IMG/VR virus record: IMGVR_UViG_3300042564_002372
Coordinates: 32,001-96,000 of that record
DNA from: a virus
Reading direction: 5' to 3' (one strand)
Length of the DNA: 64,000 nucleotides
Position 1 is the stretch's first letter; each line of letters begins with the position of its first letter. Below the pieces are notes generated by a model. That model worked only from the letters and a program-made list of their open reading frames with translations, was not told the origin of the DNA and made no database searches. Shown here piece after piece: positions 47,972 through 57,903 of this stretch. The translations under genes were made by a program, and so were the position numbers.

Positions 47972-49525
47972 TTAGAACTGTGGAATTTCTTCAATAAGAA
48001 CAGTTCTTGACAAGTCTTCGATGAATACATCGCAACGATCTTGCATCCAGATTTCATAGCCTGGGAATTTGTTGGCAGAAGACATACCCTGAGACTTAGC
48101 AAAGCCTAGGTGGTGTCTACGTCCATCAATGTAACCCCAAGTCATAGAAGGAGCACCCTTCATACGTACTTCACGAATGTTGTTAACCATAGAGCCATCA
48201 GACATTGGAGATACGTCAAATACCATGAACACAGGAGTTGATTTCTTGTTCTGTCCAAATTCCAAGTTGGATTGAGGAAGATCAAGTTCTTTCAAGTGGA
48301 TAAGTTCAACACGACCAGTCTCACGAGTTACCATTGCATCGAATGCAAAGTTGTAAGTGATGTGCTGTCCTTCTCCTTGCATATAACGGTTACCGCTATC
48401 TGCCATGAAAGTAAGACCAGAATTCAAAGCATCTGCTTTAAGAGCTTGCTGGAACACATCGAAGCCAGCTTCGTTAGTGTACATTTTAACTCTTCTATCC
48501 TTAACATCCACACGTCTGTAGAACAAGTCTCCAAATACGGAACGGATAAGGTTTGCGGAGAATTCTCCACGATTGTATTGTACCAAGTTACCATTGTTAC
48601 GCATTCTGTGGTAAACACCAGCAGACACACGCTTCAATTCTTGCTTAGATCCATTAGTTTTTACAGTGCCTGGCTTAGACCAGATCATTCGCTTCACCTT
48701 AAGTTCAAGCATTGCTTTTCTCAACATAAATTCTACGAATGGCTCCCACTTAACATCGTTACGAGTTAGAGGAAGTTGGTTTCTACGCTGAGGGGCGTAT
48801 ACCAAGATATCAAGAGGTTTGCCAGAAGCATCACGCATAGTCTTATCATCAGCCCATGCAGTAACTTGGTGCTCAAAACCATATCCAGAACCAAGAGATT
48901 CGAACATAGTGATTTTCTCACCAAGTCTTGGTAAACCAAGAAGGTCCTGATCAAATTCACCAATTGCAGCATCAACCAATTCTAGTTCGATACCAATTTG
49001 CAAGAAGGTAGGGCTTACGAAATCCAAGATTGGGTTATCAGACACCAATGTGAAAGTGTAAAGGAAACCTGCATTCCATGGAACTGGATCTTTTACAGCG
49101 TACCATCTTGGACCATACTGACGAGAACCTACAGAAACGATAGCGTTCTTAGAGAATTCGTTAGTGTCCAATACCACCTGAAACTCCTGACCATCGATAC
49201 CTGGCTTGCTCAACTCAGCAGTGGAGCTAGGGATGTCAATGATTTTAGGGAATTTGTAAGGAACTTGAACGTCCCACTTCCAAGAATCGCTGTTGTTGTC
49301 GATGTAATAAGGAGTGGACTTGTTGATCATATCAAGGAAGTCATTGCTGTACAATGAGCTCTGAGTGTACAAGGAGATGATCTTCTTGTCATAGTCAGCT
49401 GGCTCAGTAGAGTGGAATGACTCCAAGTGATTTGAATCAGTTAGCTTTCCTACTGCACGCTTGTCCATTGACGCAACACGGGCATAGGTAAAGCCAGTTA
49501 AACCTGGGATTGTTTGAATTGCCAT
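47972..49525 (-). CDS. Major capsid protein
   Basis: 517 aa; follows portal and scaffold; size, position, codon bias and downstream terminator fit a crAss-like MCP. Confidence 0.8.
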   Translation of the reverse strand: MAIQTIPGLTGFTYARVASMDKRAVGKLTDSNHLESFHSTEPADYDKKIISLYTQSSLYSNDFLDMINKSTPYYIDNNSDSWKWDVQVPYKFPKIIDIPSSTAELSKPGIDGQEFQVVLDTNEFSKNAIVSVGSRQYGPRWYAVKDPVPWNAGFLYTFTLVSDNPILDFVSPTFLQIGIELELVDAAIGEFDQDLLGLPRLGEKITMFESLGSGYGFEHQVTAWADDKTMRDASGKPLDILVYAPQRRNQLPLTRNDVKWEPFVEFMLRKAMLELKVKRMIWSKPGTVKTNGSKQELKRVSAGVYHRMRNNGNLVQYNRGEFSANLIRSVFGDLFYRRVDVKDRRVKMYTNEAGFDVFQQALKADALNSGLTFMADSGNRYMQGEGQHITYNFAFDAMVTRETGRVELIHLKELDLPQSNLEFGQNKKSTPVFMVFDVSPMSDGSMVNNIREVRMKGAPSMTWGYIDGRRHHLGFAKSQGMSSANKFPGYEIWMQDRCDVFIEDLSRTVLIEEIPQF

Positions 49526-49550
49526 TGTTTTTTACTTTGTTTTATTTAAT

Positions 49551-50786
49551 TTATAAGAACCATGAGTTCGCTTTTCCAGGATTGCCACCAGAACCAGGTT
49601 TTTTACTGGTCTGCCTTGCAACTTCCTCAAACAACTGGGTTGACTTCTTAGTCACTCCTGTTCTTTGTATGGTAGATAGCGTAGGATCTTTTTCCAAAAT
49701 CTTAAGGAGAAGTCCCAGCTTAACTTTCATAGCGTGGTTCTCAGGTCTCTTAAGTTCCAGGATAGTCTTGTCAAAATCTGTCAGGGTTTCGCCTGAAGGA
49801 GTTTTGTACTTGTCTACCAAAAGGAAGTCTTGTAGTTCTGATGCCAATTTGGGGTTTAATGGAATTCCATCAAACTCCTTTGTTTTCAATTTGTCTTGTA
49901 GGACAGACTGAACGTTTTGTATATACTGATTTCGAATCATTGCTTTCTGCTGAAGTTGTTGTTCAGCTTGTTGCTCCATTTGTTGCAACTTCACTGCTTC
50001 CTTCTTGACAAGCACTTTATGATGCTTGCTAGCAACTGTTTCTAAATCACCGTAGTTTCTAAGTCTTTCAACTTCTGTAGTGATGTCTTCATTATCAAAT
50101 CCCTGGTCTGCCAGAGCTTGTTTAATCACTCTCACCTGATTGTCTTCATTAGAAAGATCCAACTCAGCGAAACTCACCACATTGTTGTATACACCAAAAT
50201 AATCTTTAGGGTTTACACCCTTTACAAATATGGCATCAAACGCTTTCTGGTAATCTTCTCCAAATTGACCTATGAAGTTATCAACAATTTCAATTGCACC
50301 TTTTTTCTTTTCTGAATTGAACTTCTCCAAGAATTGTTCTGGGGTTTCAATTACAGCATCCTCTTCATCATCATCTTGTGTAAAAACACCAAGTTTGAAA
50401 AGGTCTTTCGATAAAGAAACGAATGGTGATTCTGCAACATCTTCATCTTCTTCCTCAGCTTCTGCTTTGGCTGGTGGTGTTACAACATCGTCTTCTGTTT
50501 CTTCTTCATCTTCATCATCTCCAAGAAAGTTTTTCAAAACATCTTGTTGAGTGGTTTCCTCACCATCTAGCTTCTGGACAACTTCTTTACCTTTTGATAC
50601 TTCTGGTTTCTTAGGAGCTTTTGGTTCTTCCGCTGTCTTTACAATTGTCTCTAGTTTGTCAGGATCTTCTGTAGAAGTTTCTGGAGAGAATAAATCGTCC
50701 AACAGCTGCGTGTTACCTACTCCCATCTCCATAGTATCTTCAATACCAAAGTTACCAAATGACGGAGTGTCTAGGTTGTCTGCCAT
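49551..50786 (-). CDS. Acidic scaffold-like protein
   Basis: 411 aa; very acidic N-terminus and coiled coil; between portal and MCP. Confidence 0.6.
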   Translation of the reverse strand: MADNLDTPSFGNFGIEDTMEMGVGNTQLLDDLFSPETSTEDPDKLETIVKTAEEPKAPKKPEVSKGKEVVQKLDGEETTQQDVLKNFLGDDEDEEETEDDVVTPPAKAEAEEEDEDVAESPFVSLSKDLFKLGVFTQDDDEEDAVIETPEQFLEKFNSEKKKGAIEIVDNFIGQFGEDYQKAFDAIFVKGVNPKDYFGVYNNVVSFAELDLSNEDNQVRVIKQALADQGFDNEDITTEVERLRNYGDLETVASKHHKVLVKKEAVKLQQMEQQAEQQLQQKAMIRNQYIQNVQSVLQDKLKTKEFDGIPLNPKLASELQDFLLVDKYKTPSGETLTDFDKTILELKRPENHAMKVKLGLLLKILEKDPTLSTIQRTGVTKKSTQLFEEVARQTSKKPGSGGNPGKANSWFL

Positions 50787-50919
50787 ATATGTAGTTAATT
50801 ATTTGATTGGTTTGTATGATATAAATGTACTTTCGTTTATAAAATAATCAAATAAGGAATAATCAAAATTGTTGTATTTTTGACACGTATAGCATTAATG
50901 TCAATTTTTCCATATTTTA

Positions 50920-53514
50920 TTATTTCTTATCGTTTTTAGATGCTCTATTTGAAGCATTTATTTTAGCCACTTCAACATCATTCTTCATATTCTCTCTAGC
51001 AACATTTAGTTTTTCTTTTTCAAGTTGCATCTTCTGCATAGCTTGAGTGTTTTTAGATTGAATATCCTGCATCTTTAATTGATAATCCTGAGCTGCTTTT
51101 GACTGTTGCATAGATAGATTTGAAATCTCTAATATATCAGGAGTTCCTGATTCATCAACATCAGCTGTTGCTGCTTCGCCTCTTGCCGCAGCATTAATAA
51201 GAGCTATTTCTTTCTTATTAATTCTATCAAGTTCTTTCTGATAGTTCTCATTGGCAAGTGCTTCTTGAGCTTGTTGTTGCTGAGCCTGTAGCTGAGCACC
51301 TGCAATTTGTTGTTGTTGCTCAAGCTGCTGCTGTTGCATTTGCATCTGCTGGTCTTGCATTTGCTGCTGACGATCTTTGAGATTTTTGAATGTCTTCTTC
51401 ATCTCTCTCATAGACTTAGTAGAATACAATTCTATTACATCATATAGTGTGCCACCATTCTGAATGACAGCCTGAGATAGCTGACGAAGCTCATTAAACA
51501 TTTGTGTATCTTCTGGTCTGTTAGTTACAAACACTTTAAGATCACGAAGCTTCAAATCATTACCATTTACTTGTATAAATGCAGATTCTCCTTCAGATGT
51601 AATGTATGATAATGTAGACATAGGTTTAGCACTTTCTACATATTGTGCAGCATCTACAATAGCTTGATATAACTGACCTAATACATACTCGTGTGCAATG
51701 AATAGGGGCTCTGTCTGAGCGTATGACTGACTGACAGCTGTGTTAACACCTGTGGCAGATTCGCTCGCTTGTACGGTGCCTAAACGCTGTCTAGAGATGC
51801 CTATCAGTTCCCAACATTCGCTCTTTAATTGGAGAGCAAGGTTATATCTAGACTGGATTTCACCAGTTCTTGTCAAGTCTATGTTTCTTGCAATAGTGGT
51901 GTTGGAGACAGCAGCCTTTGTATTCTCTGGACTGTCATCATCAAATATAATACCACGCTCTCTTGCTTCCATTTCCCATACATCTAGAGCATCTTGATCA
52001 TCTCCATCTTTTAGTCTAGGAACACGTCTAATATTTACAGAAGCTACATTACCAATTTCTTTTTCTAGTAGTTTGTAGAGCTGATTCATGCAAATGTTGT
52101 ACAACACCTGGAATGGCTTCATCAAATCCACTAATGATTTGGCTTCTGTGTTCTTCACCTCAAACGTAGTGCCTATAATAGGGCAATAGTTAAGGATTTT
52201 TAGAGGTTTGATGTGGTAGATGTCTGGACCAATCTTTGTTCCTTGATACCACTGGTTAATCCAGCCCCATTCAAGAGAGATTTGTGTAGGAATAGTGTTT
52301 GCCTTGTAGTTTTCATCAACAAGAACACTTTGCTCATTACCCATTTCATCTAAATAGGTGAGTTTACCAATTTTTCTCTTGCTAATCCAATATGCTCTAA
52401 CAACAACATATTTGTATCCAAATGTAGACACGTTTGTTGTTAGTCCTAAGAAGTCTTTTAGTCCATCATTGTTCTCCTTCATCTCACTTTCAATCATCAT
52501 TCTTGTCTGAAGGACAAGAGGATCAAATGTGTCGTATTGAATAGAGTCAATACCATCAGCAGCATTAGGATTACCAAGGTTGGATTCACGAACGTTGATA
52601 AGTCCGTAGTCTTGCAATGAGCTTCTTAGGTGATCAATCTCTTCTTTAGTGAGATCTGGGATAGATTCAATAATTTCAGAAAGTTCCATAACTTGCACAG
52701 TACCAGCAGCATACGCTCCTTGGTTTCTTCCTGTTGGATCAGAAATCCACTTTCTATCTGGCGTAGTGAGGAACCATGTATTCTTTGGGTTTGCCACCTC
52801 TATGTTGAATCCAAGCTTAGAGTTGTCTTCATAGATGTGATAGAACTCTCTAGCAGAAATAAGAAGATCTCTGAATGCATCCTCTGATTTTTCTTTCAGG
52901 TTGAATTCAGCTTTTTGACATGTAAGAATGTGATTAGCCCATTTCTCAGCTACAGAAGTGTAAGAATCTAGCTGATCCTTCACTTGCTCCATTGTCATTT
53001 GGTTAAGCTGTTCTTCGTCAATCTCTTGACCCTGCATAGCAAGCTTCTGCAATATGTTCTGTCTAGCTTGAGAAATAATAAACTCCTGAAGAACATCTGT
53101 TTTGAATTGTAGTTCTTCAGCTTGGCTATCATCATCAAATGCCTTTACACGAAATGTATCTGGACGCTTAGATATTTCACCTACAAGGTTATTGATGGGA
53201 GTAGTTACAATAGAATAATGCTTAACGTATGATGGCAAACCTAAATCTGCCTGAAGCATCTCTGTAAAAGATTTCACATCTGGCTCTTGATAAAAGTCTT
53301 CCATTCTCAGGATGCCTTTTACAAGGTCATAGTTTTTAACAAACGTGTCACGACTCTTCATATATTCCGCATACGACTTGTTTGCGAAATAATCCATCGT
53401 GTTTTTCACCCAACTCTCATCCCGCTTTTCTTTCTCTGTCTTGAACTGATCAGGGAAAATGTTAAGATAGGCATATCGTATGGTTGCGTCCTTTGTATAT
53501 CTAATGATTGCCAT
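50920..53514 (-). CDS. Portal protein
   Basis: 864 aa directly after the terminase; INNLVGEISKRP, GISRQRLG, Gln-rich C-terminal coil and DVDESGTPDILE. Confidence 0.85.
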   Translation of the reverse strand: MAIIRYTKDATIRYAYLNIFPDQFKTEKEKRDESWVKNTMDYFANKSYAEYMKSRDTFVKNYDLVKGILRMEDFYQEPDVKSFTEMLQADLGLPSYVKHYSIVTTPINNLVGEISKRPDTFRVKAFDDDSQAEELQFKTDVLQEFIISQARQNILQKLAMQGQEIDEEQLNQMTMEQVKDQLDSYTSVAEKWANHILTCQKAEFNLKEKSEDAFRDLLISAREFYHIYEDNSKLGFNIEVANPKNTWFLTTPDRKWISDPTGRNQGAYAAGTVQVMELSEIIESIPDLTKEEIDHLRSSLQDYGLINVRESNLGNPNAADGIDSIQYDTFDPLVLQTRMMIESEMKENNDGLKDFLGLTTNVSTFGYKYVVVRAYWISKRKIGKLTYLDEMGNEQSVLVDENYKANTIPTQISLEWGWINQWYQGTKIGPDIYHIKPLKILNYCPIIGTTFEVKNTEAKSLVDLMKPFQVLYNICMNQLYKLLEKEIGNVASVNIRRVPRLKDGDDQDALDVWEMEARERGIIFDDDSPENTKAAVSNTTIARNIDLTRTGEIQSRYNLALQLKSECWELIGISRQRLGTVQASESATGVNTAVSQSYAQTEPLFIAHEYVLGQLYQAIVDAAQYVESAKPMSTLSYITSEGESAFIQVNGNDLKLRDLKVFVTNRPEDTQMFNELRQLSQAVIQNGGTLYDVIELYSTKSMREMKKTFKNLKDRQQQMQDQQMQMQQQQLEQQQQIAGAQLQAQQQQAQEALANENYQKELDRINKKEIALINAAARGEAATADVDESGTPDILEISNLSMQQSKAAQDYQLKMQDIQSKNTQAMQKMQLEKEKLNVARENMKNDVEVAKINASNRASKNDKK

Positions 53515-55538
53515 TATGAAAATAATTTATTTTTCCTCGTATTGAACATATTTTTAGAGCTGCTGAACAGCTTCCCACTCTTTAACTTTTTTGAATATAA
53601 CGATTTAACTCGTTCATCACTAGTTCCTCCAATCTTTCCTAATATAGGGTCCATCTTAAGTGCCTGAGCTATAGCAAGTTCCGCTGCTACAATTCTATCG
53701 AAGTTTCCCTCATCGTTATATTGGATGATTTCTTCAAGAAGCATTGGGTCAAATATCTTACTCACCCCTGTAACTTCTTTAGTTATTTTACCATCATCAT
53801 CTTTCTCAGAATAAATAACATCGTCCATGTATCTTTTCAGACATGTATGTAGATAGTCAATTATTTTCTGAGCTGATCTGTGAATTCCATACTCTCGTTT
53901 CACAGTAGTGTTAGGAATCACTTCTAACAACCATTGTGGTTGTTTCTCTAGATAGTGTGCATCACCTTTGCTTTTCATGTATTCAATGAACGAAATGTCG
54001 TCATTCTCACAAAGAGCTCTAGCGTTGTAATATTTAATCAGTAATCTAGCCTGTTCTTCCCACGTTTCCTTCTTATCAGGTCTTGCACAATACGAAGCTA
54101 CGAACATATCCTGATATTTTTCACCAGTGAGATCGTGCATTCTCTTGTAAATATACACAGAACCTAGTGAAGTTGAATACTTTGCCTGTCCTTGTCTATA
54201 GGGGTCAACTCCTGCAACGTACAATCCATAGGGAGGATTCTCTATAGGAAACTCATATATCACTATAGGAGCATCCTTTCTATCTGTACTCTTGAGAGGA
54301 AAGTTTGTTATAGGCATGTTGTCTGTAAACTCATGTCCAATCTTTCCTTCGTCACTAAATAATATAACAGGTGTTCCTGTTCTTTCGTTCTGCAATAGTC
54401 TGATTTTCTGTCTTTTAGCAGCTTCTATATCAAAGATGTTGGTGTCTTCATTGAGGAATATGTCATCCACCTTCTGTGGATAGTACATCTTCTCTTTTAA
54501 ATAAGCCACTCTATCACCAGCCTTCTTTAATCTTTCTAAGTTATCGTTAGTGATTTTGTCAGCTTTCTCTTCATTAGACACTAACATCTTCACATTATGA
54601 AGCTCGCTAGTTTTTGGAGCATCTACATAAGCTCCTAACGTAGAATCTTCTTTGGCTTCCATTCTATATTTATTAGAAATGAATAGCCCATGCACACGCT
54701 TTGTATCCTCTTCGTTATTATATGTTAGGAAGTTGTAATTGTCAACATCAAACATCAATGACTTAGCATCCATAAAACGCTTCATATCACCGCCTGTACC
54801 TGTAAGAATTGGGGAACAGCCCCATCCAAATGGCGTTGTAAAACCAGGAACAGCAGCCTGTAAGCCTCTCAAGAAAGATCCTTTACCAATCTCATCAATA
54901 ATGAGCTTACGTGGCTTTGTACCAGCAATAGCTTCTTCGTTATTACCCTCATCTAAGTTACGAATAAGAATTTGAGAGAATGGTATTCTCTCTCCTCCCC
55001 TTGTCTTTATTCCTAACGTCACCTGATTCTTCCAATTATCCTCTACACGCTGCCATCTAAAGTATTCAGGAAGGAAGTTGAGGCCCTTATCAAGCTTATC
55101 TGTAATTAGTTTAATATCTGGAGCATTCAGGCCAGCAATAACGTTCTGTGAGTTCTCATCAAATGTGGCACCCCAAGCAATGTAACTTGCTTCAAGCACA
55201 GACTTAGCAAAACGTCTAATACCCAAAATGACCAACCCACGCTTCTCAGCATGGGCTCTGTCTATTTCATTTGTAACTAACCATTCATTGTCTCTCAGAG
55301 ATGGGTTTGCATATTTCTGATAGATTCGTCCTCTATCATCCATAACATCCACTTCTGTATGCCACAGATTCAAATGCCAATACAGAAAGGGGTTGATGAA
55401 CACACCATCCATCATAAATCCATCAAGACACAGCTTCTTATGAAAGTCAAAGAAGGGCTTGTATTCCTGTGATGTCTTATCAGGAAGGCGTGTTTGGTTA
55501 ATCAACCACTCACTGTATTTAACATTTTCTAGATTCAT
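53514..55538 (-). CDS. terL: Terminase large subunit
   Basis: 674 aa; Walker A-like ILGIRRFAKS, Walker B LIIDEIGK, TGTGG motif, RNase H-like VAGVDPY and GNFDRIV. Confidence 0.9.
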   Translation of the reverse strand: MNLENVKYSEWLINQTRLPDKTSQEYKPFFDFHKKLCLDGFMMDGVFINPFLYWHLNLWHTEVDVMDDRGRIYQKYANPSLRDNEWLVTNEIDRAHAEKRGLVILGIRRFAKSVLEASYIAWGATFDENSQNVIAGLNAPDIKLITDKLDKGLNFLPEYFRWQRVEDNWKNQVTLGIKTRGGERIPFSQILIRNLDEGNNEEAIAGTKPRKLIIDEIGKGSFLRGLQAAVPGFTTPFGWGCSPILTGTGGDMKRFMDAKSLMFDVDNYNFLTYNNEEDTKRVHGLFISNKYRMEAKEDSTLGAYVDAPKTSELHNVKMLVSNEEKADKITNDNLERLKKAGDRVAYLKEKMYYPQKVDDIFLNEDTNIFDIEAAKRQKIRLLQNERTGTPVILFSDEGKIGHEFTDNMPITNFPLKSTDRKDAPIVIYEFPIENPPYGLYVAGVDPYRQGQAKYSTSLGSVYIYKRMHDLTGEKYQDMFVASYCARPDKKETWEEQARLLIKYYNARALCENDDISFIEYMKSKGDAHYLEKQPQWLLEVIPNTTVKREYGIHRSAQKIIDYLHTCLKRYMDDVIYSEKDDDGKITKEVTGVSKIFDPMLLEEIIQYNDEGNFDRIVAAELAIAQALKMDPILGKIGGTSDERVKSLYSKKLKSGKLFSSSKNMFNTRKNKLFS

Positions 55539-55867
55539 CGTCTACCTTTAAGGAAATCTTCAGCCATAGAGCCAAGCTCACCATTACCACGTATTTCCAC
55601 CTTAGATTCTTCTTTCTCTCTAAGCTTATCTACCACTTCAAGAAGAGCTAGATAGTTCTTCATTGTCTCCTGAATAAACTTACCCTGAGATTCAATGCTA
55701 GCAATCACCATAGGCAACATTCCACCCTTAGCTGTAGGCTTCCATTCTATCCTGTCTGTCAGCTTATGCAGAGGATTGGCATCAACATATTCCTTCCATG
55801 AAGCAAGTTGTTGTTCAGCCCAATCGAGCTCTGTATTAACGTACGTAGTTTTCTTTGGAGCAGCCAT
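55535..55867 (-). CDS. Hypothetical helical protein (candidate small terminase)
   Basis: 110 aa overlapping the terL start by 4 nt; function inferred from position only. Confidence 0.45.
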   Translation of the reverse strand: MAAPKKTTYVNTELDWAEQQLASWKEYVDANPLHKLTDRIEWKPTAKGGMLPMVIASIESQGKFIQETMKNYLALLEVVDKLREKEESKVEIRGNGELGSMAEDFLKGRR

Positions 55868-56061
55868 TACGATAGGGTTACAATACCAGCAGCAGCAGTT
55901 TTTAGCTCTGTGACAGACGTTTGTATTGGACCGCTGAGCAGCTCCTGAATTTGCTTGTTAGCAATATCCTTTGTCTTCTCATCAATACCAGGTGTAGCAC
56001 ACAACGCTGCCAATCTTTCAATAACGGACATTGATTCTTGTCCAACCATAGCTCTATTCAT
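55867..56061 (-). CDS. Hypothetical protein
   Basis: 64 aa; overlaps both neighbours as in translational coupling. Confidence 0.6.
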   Translation of the reverse strand: MNRAMVGQESMSVIERLAALCATPGIDEKTKDIANKQIQELLSGPIQTSVTELKTAAAGIVTLS

Positions 56062-56294
56062 ATTAAATTGTTTATATCCTCATCAGATAGTGGTTTGTCT
56101 TCTTCCTCATCATACACATCATTTTCTTCCTCTGACATGTATTCTTCTTTCACAACAATATTAATGACATCTTGATCTTCTCCTTGAATACCAATGATAT
56201 CAACATAATCAGCCCCAGCGTCCCACAGATGCGTTAACGTATCAAGAAGAAGCTCTAAGCTAATTTTTCTAAAACGCATTTCTTTATTCGCCAT
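56058..56294 (-). CDS. Hypothetical acidic protein
   Basis: 78 aa; overlaps its neighbours in the operon. Confidence 0.6.
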   Translation of the reverse strand: MANKEMRFRKISLELLLDTLTHLWDAGADYVDIIGIQGEDQDVINIVVKEEYMSEEENDVYDEEEDKPLSDEDINNLI

Positions 56295-56562
56295 CGATTT
56301 CCTCCTCTTGTTCTCTTGTCATCACTGATTTCCATTTCTCTGTAGGACACGCACAAGACAAGCATTTTGTTTTAGCAGAAAGTGTACATCCACAATGTGT
56401 ACAATGTTCATCAAAACGTATCGTCTTATGATGTTTAGAATGAAACTTGCATTCATTGCAAATTGCCATTCTTTCAGCTGACACCTGATCAATCTGTTCC
56501 TTTAGTTTTTCTTCTGGAAGCAGATTGTTTTTCCAACCTTCGTAAATCTGTGTTAAGCTCAT
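56284..56562 (-). CDS. Cys-rich Zn-binding protein
   Basis: RMAICNEC...CTHCGC...KTKCLSCACPTEKW. Confidence 0.7.
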   Translation of the reverse strand: MSLTQIYEGWKNNLLPEEKLKEQIDQVSAERMAICNECKFHSKHHKTIRFDEHCTHCGCTLSAKTKCLSCACPTEKWKSVMTREQEEEIDGE

Positions 56563-56902
56563 TTATCTTATTCATTAATATTTTACGCTTCAACAACATC
56601 TGATCAATATCATCATTCCACTTCTCCGTTTTAACATCACTATCAGAATTGGAAATCCTATCCCTAAAACTCCTAATCTTCTCATCTAAAACATCAAGCT
56701 TTTTCTGGGCAGCTCTATCATTCCATTTCAATGTACCAAACCCAGAAATCTCCACTGTCTTATTTTTCTGTAAAGCTGCCAATGTGCTGTCAAACTGATG
56801 TCGTATTATTTGATCAACAATATTAACATCCATGTTTAAGGACTCGGAGAGCTTTCTAACAAACCAATCCCTATGGGACATTGAATTAGGCTTTTCCTTC
56901 AT
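56489..56902 (-). CDS. HU/IHF-like DNA-binding protein
   Basis: ALQKNKTVEISGFGTL HU signature; C-terminal coiled coil. Confidence 0.7.
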   Translation of the reverse strand: MKEKPNSMSHRDWFVRKLSESLNMDVNIVDQIIRHQFDSTLAALQKNKTVEISGFGTLKWNDRAAQKKLDVLDEKIRSFRDRISNSDSDVKTEKWNDDIDQMLLKRKILMNKINELNTDLRRLEKQSASRRKTKGTD

Positions 56903-57254
56903 GCAAAATCTTTATCTCTAATGTAATGTCACTGGAGAAATCTAATGATATGAGGGGATTGACAACAATCTTTCCATCCTTCTTAAGAAGCAAGTTTCTT
57001 TTTTTGAGCTTAGACACCATGTTGTTCACTGTAGCTCCTGTGGTTTCATAGGTTGAACAAAACTTCTCTCTATTACTTGGAACAGAAATACTTCCAGAAA
57101 CAGCAATGAAAGACATCAGCTGAACTTCCCGTGTTGTAAGCATCAAATCGTTCAATGCAGAAAGAACAGAATAATACCTGTACGACACATCCGTGTCATT
57201 CTGTAATCCCTTCTTTAATCGTTGTACAATCATTTCCTTATTGGTTTCTAACAA
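56886..57254 (-). CDS. Winged-helix DNA-binding protein (start may be the ATG at 57233)
   Basis: LTTREVQLMSFI...TVNNMVSKLKKRNLLLKKDGKIVVNP fits a wHTH pattern; first gene of the minus-strand operon. Confidence 0.6.
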   Translation of the reverse strand: MLETNKEMIVQRLKKGLQNDTDVSYRYYSVLSALNDLMLTTREVQLMSFIAVSGSISVPSNREKFCSTYETTGATVNNMVSKLKKRNLLLKKDGKIVVNPLISLDFSSDITLEIKILHEGKA

Positions 57255-57475
57255 ATATAAAACATCCTCCGTGAAAATAACAAATTTTATTATTTCTGTT
57301 TTTGAATCAAGGCCCCACCCAGGTGATGAGTTGTAAAGAAACCCCCCACCAAAATTTTCAAAATTTGGAAAAATGTTGTGTCAATGGGAGGGGAGGTTAC
57401 TTCCAGTTGCAACCCCACGCAGAGTTGGGGTAGTCGAGGGACTCCCCCTTAAACACACTTAACCAATCAAAAATC

Positions 57476-57853
57476 ATGTTACAACACTTAGCACCAACAA
57501 AATCAATTGAGGTAATTGGCACTCTTGCTGAAATCGTAGGAACTGGAGGTAAAGTATTCTACTCTCCAGGAAACTGGGATGGAGATAAGCGCATCTTCCT
57601 TGAACTAAGAACCGCTTCTGGACAGGAAGGTAGAATCTTCTGCTCACCTGCTGTGAGCAAGCACCTTCGTGAGAAGACCATGAAGCCATCTCAGTTGTTT
57701 GGAATGCCTGTCGCTCTTATCACTAGAGTTGATAAGACCAAAGGTTACACCGTTACTTTGCCTGGTTCTCAACTTGTGGAACTTGCAGTTCCAACTGAAG
57801 TTGAGACTTGGACTCAACCAGCAACATTAGAAGAAGTAGAGAGGGTTTCATAA
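57476..57853 (+). CDS. Hypothetical protein, first gene after the strand switch
   Basis: 125 aa; A-rich leader and its own terminator. Confidence 0.75.
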   Translation: MLQHLAPTKSIEVIGTLAEIVGTGGKVFYSPGNWDGDKRIFLELRTASGQEGRIFCSPAVSKHLREKTMKPSQLFGMPVALITRVDKTKGYTVTLPGSQLVELAVPTEVETWTQPATLEEVERVS

Positions 57854-57867
57854 CCCTCTTTTCTTCT
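57832..57867 (+). terminator. Intrinsic terminator
   Basis: AGAGGGTT-TCAT-AACCCTCT followed by TTTCTT, overlapping the stop codon. Confidence 0.65.
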
Positions 57868-57903
57868 CTATATACAGGGTGGGAGTAAAAACGTTTGGGT
57901 GGG

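Noticed and set aside
5060-55538. Introns or inteins in the RNAP, terminase or capsid genes
   Set aside because: Reading frames are continuous, and no intein terminal or homing-endonuclease motifs were noticed.
593-56164. Numerous 60-167 aa plus-strand ORFs in the ORF track
   Set aside because: All are antisense to long, contiguous minus-strand genes and lack credible products.
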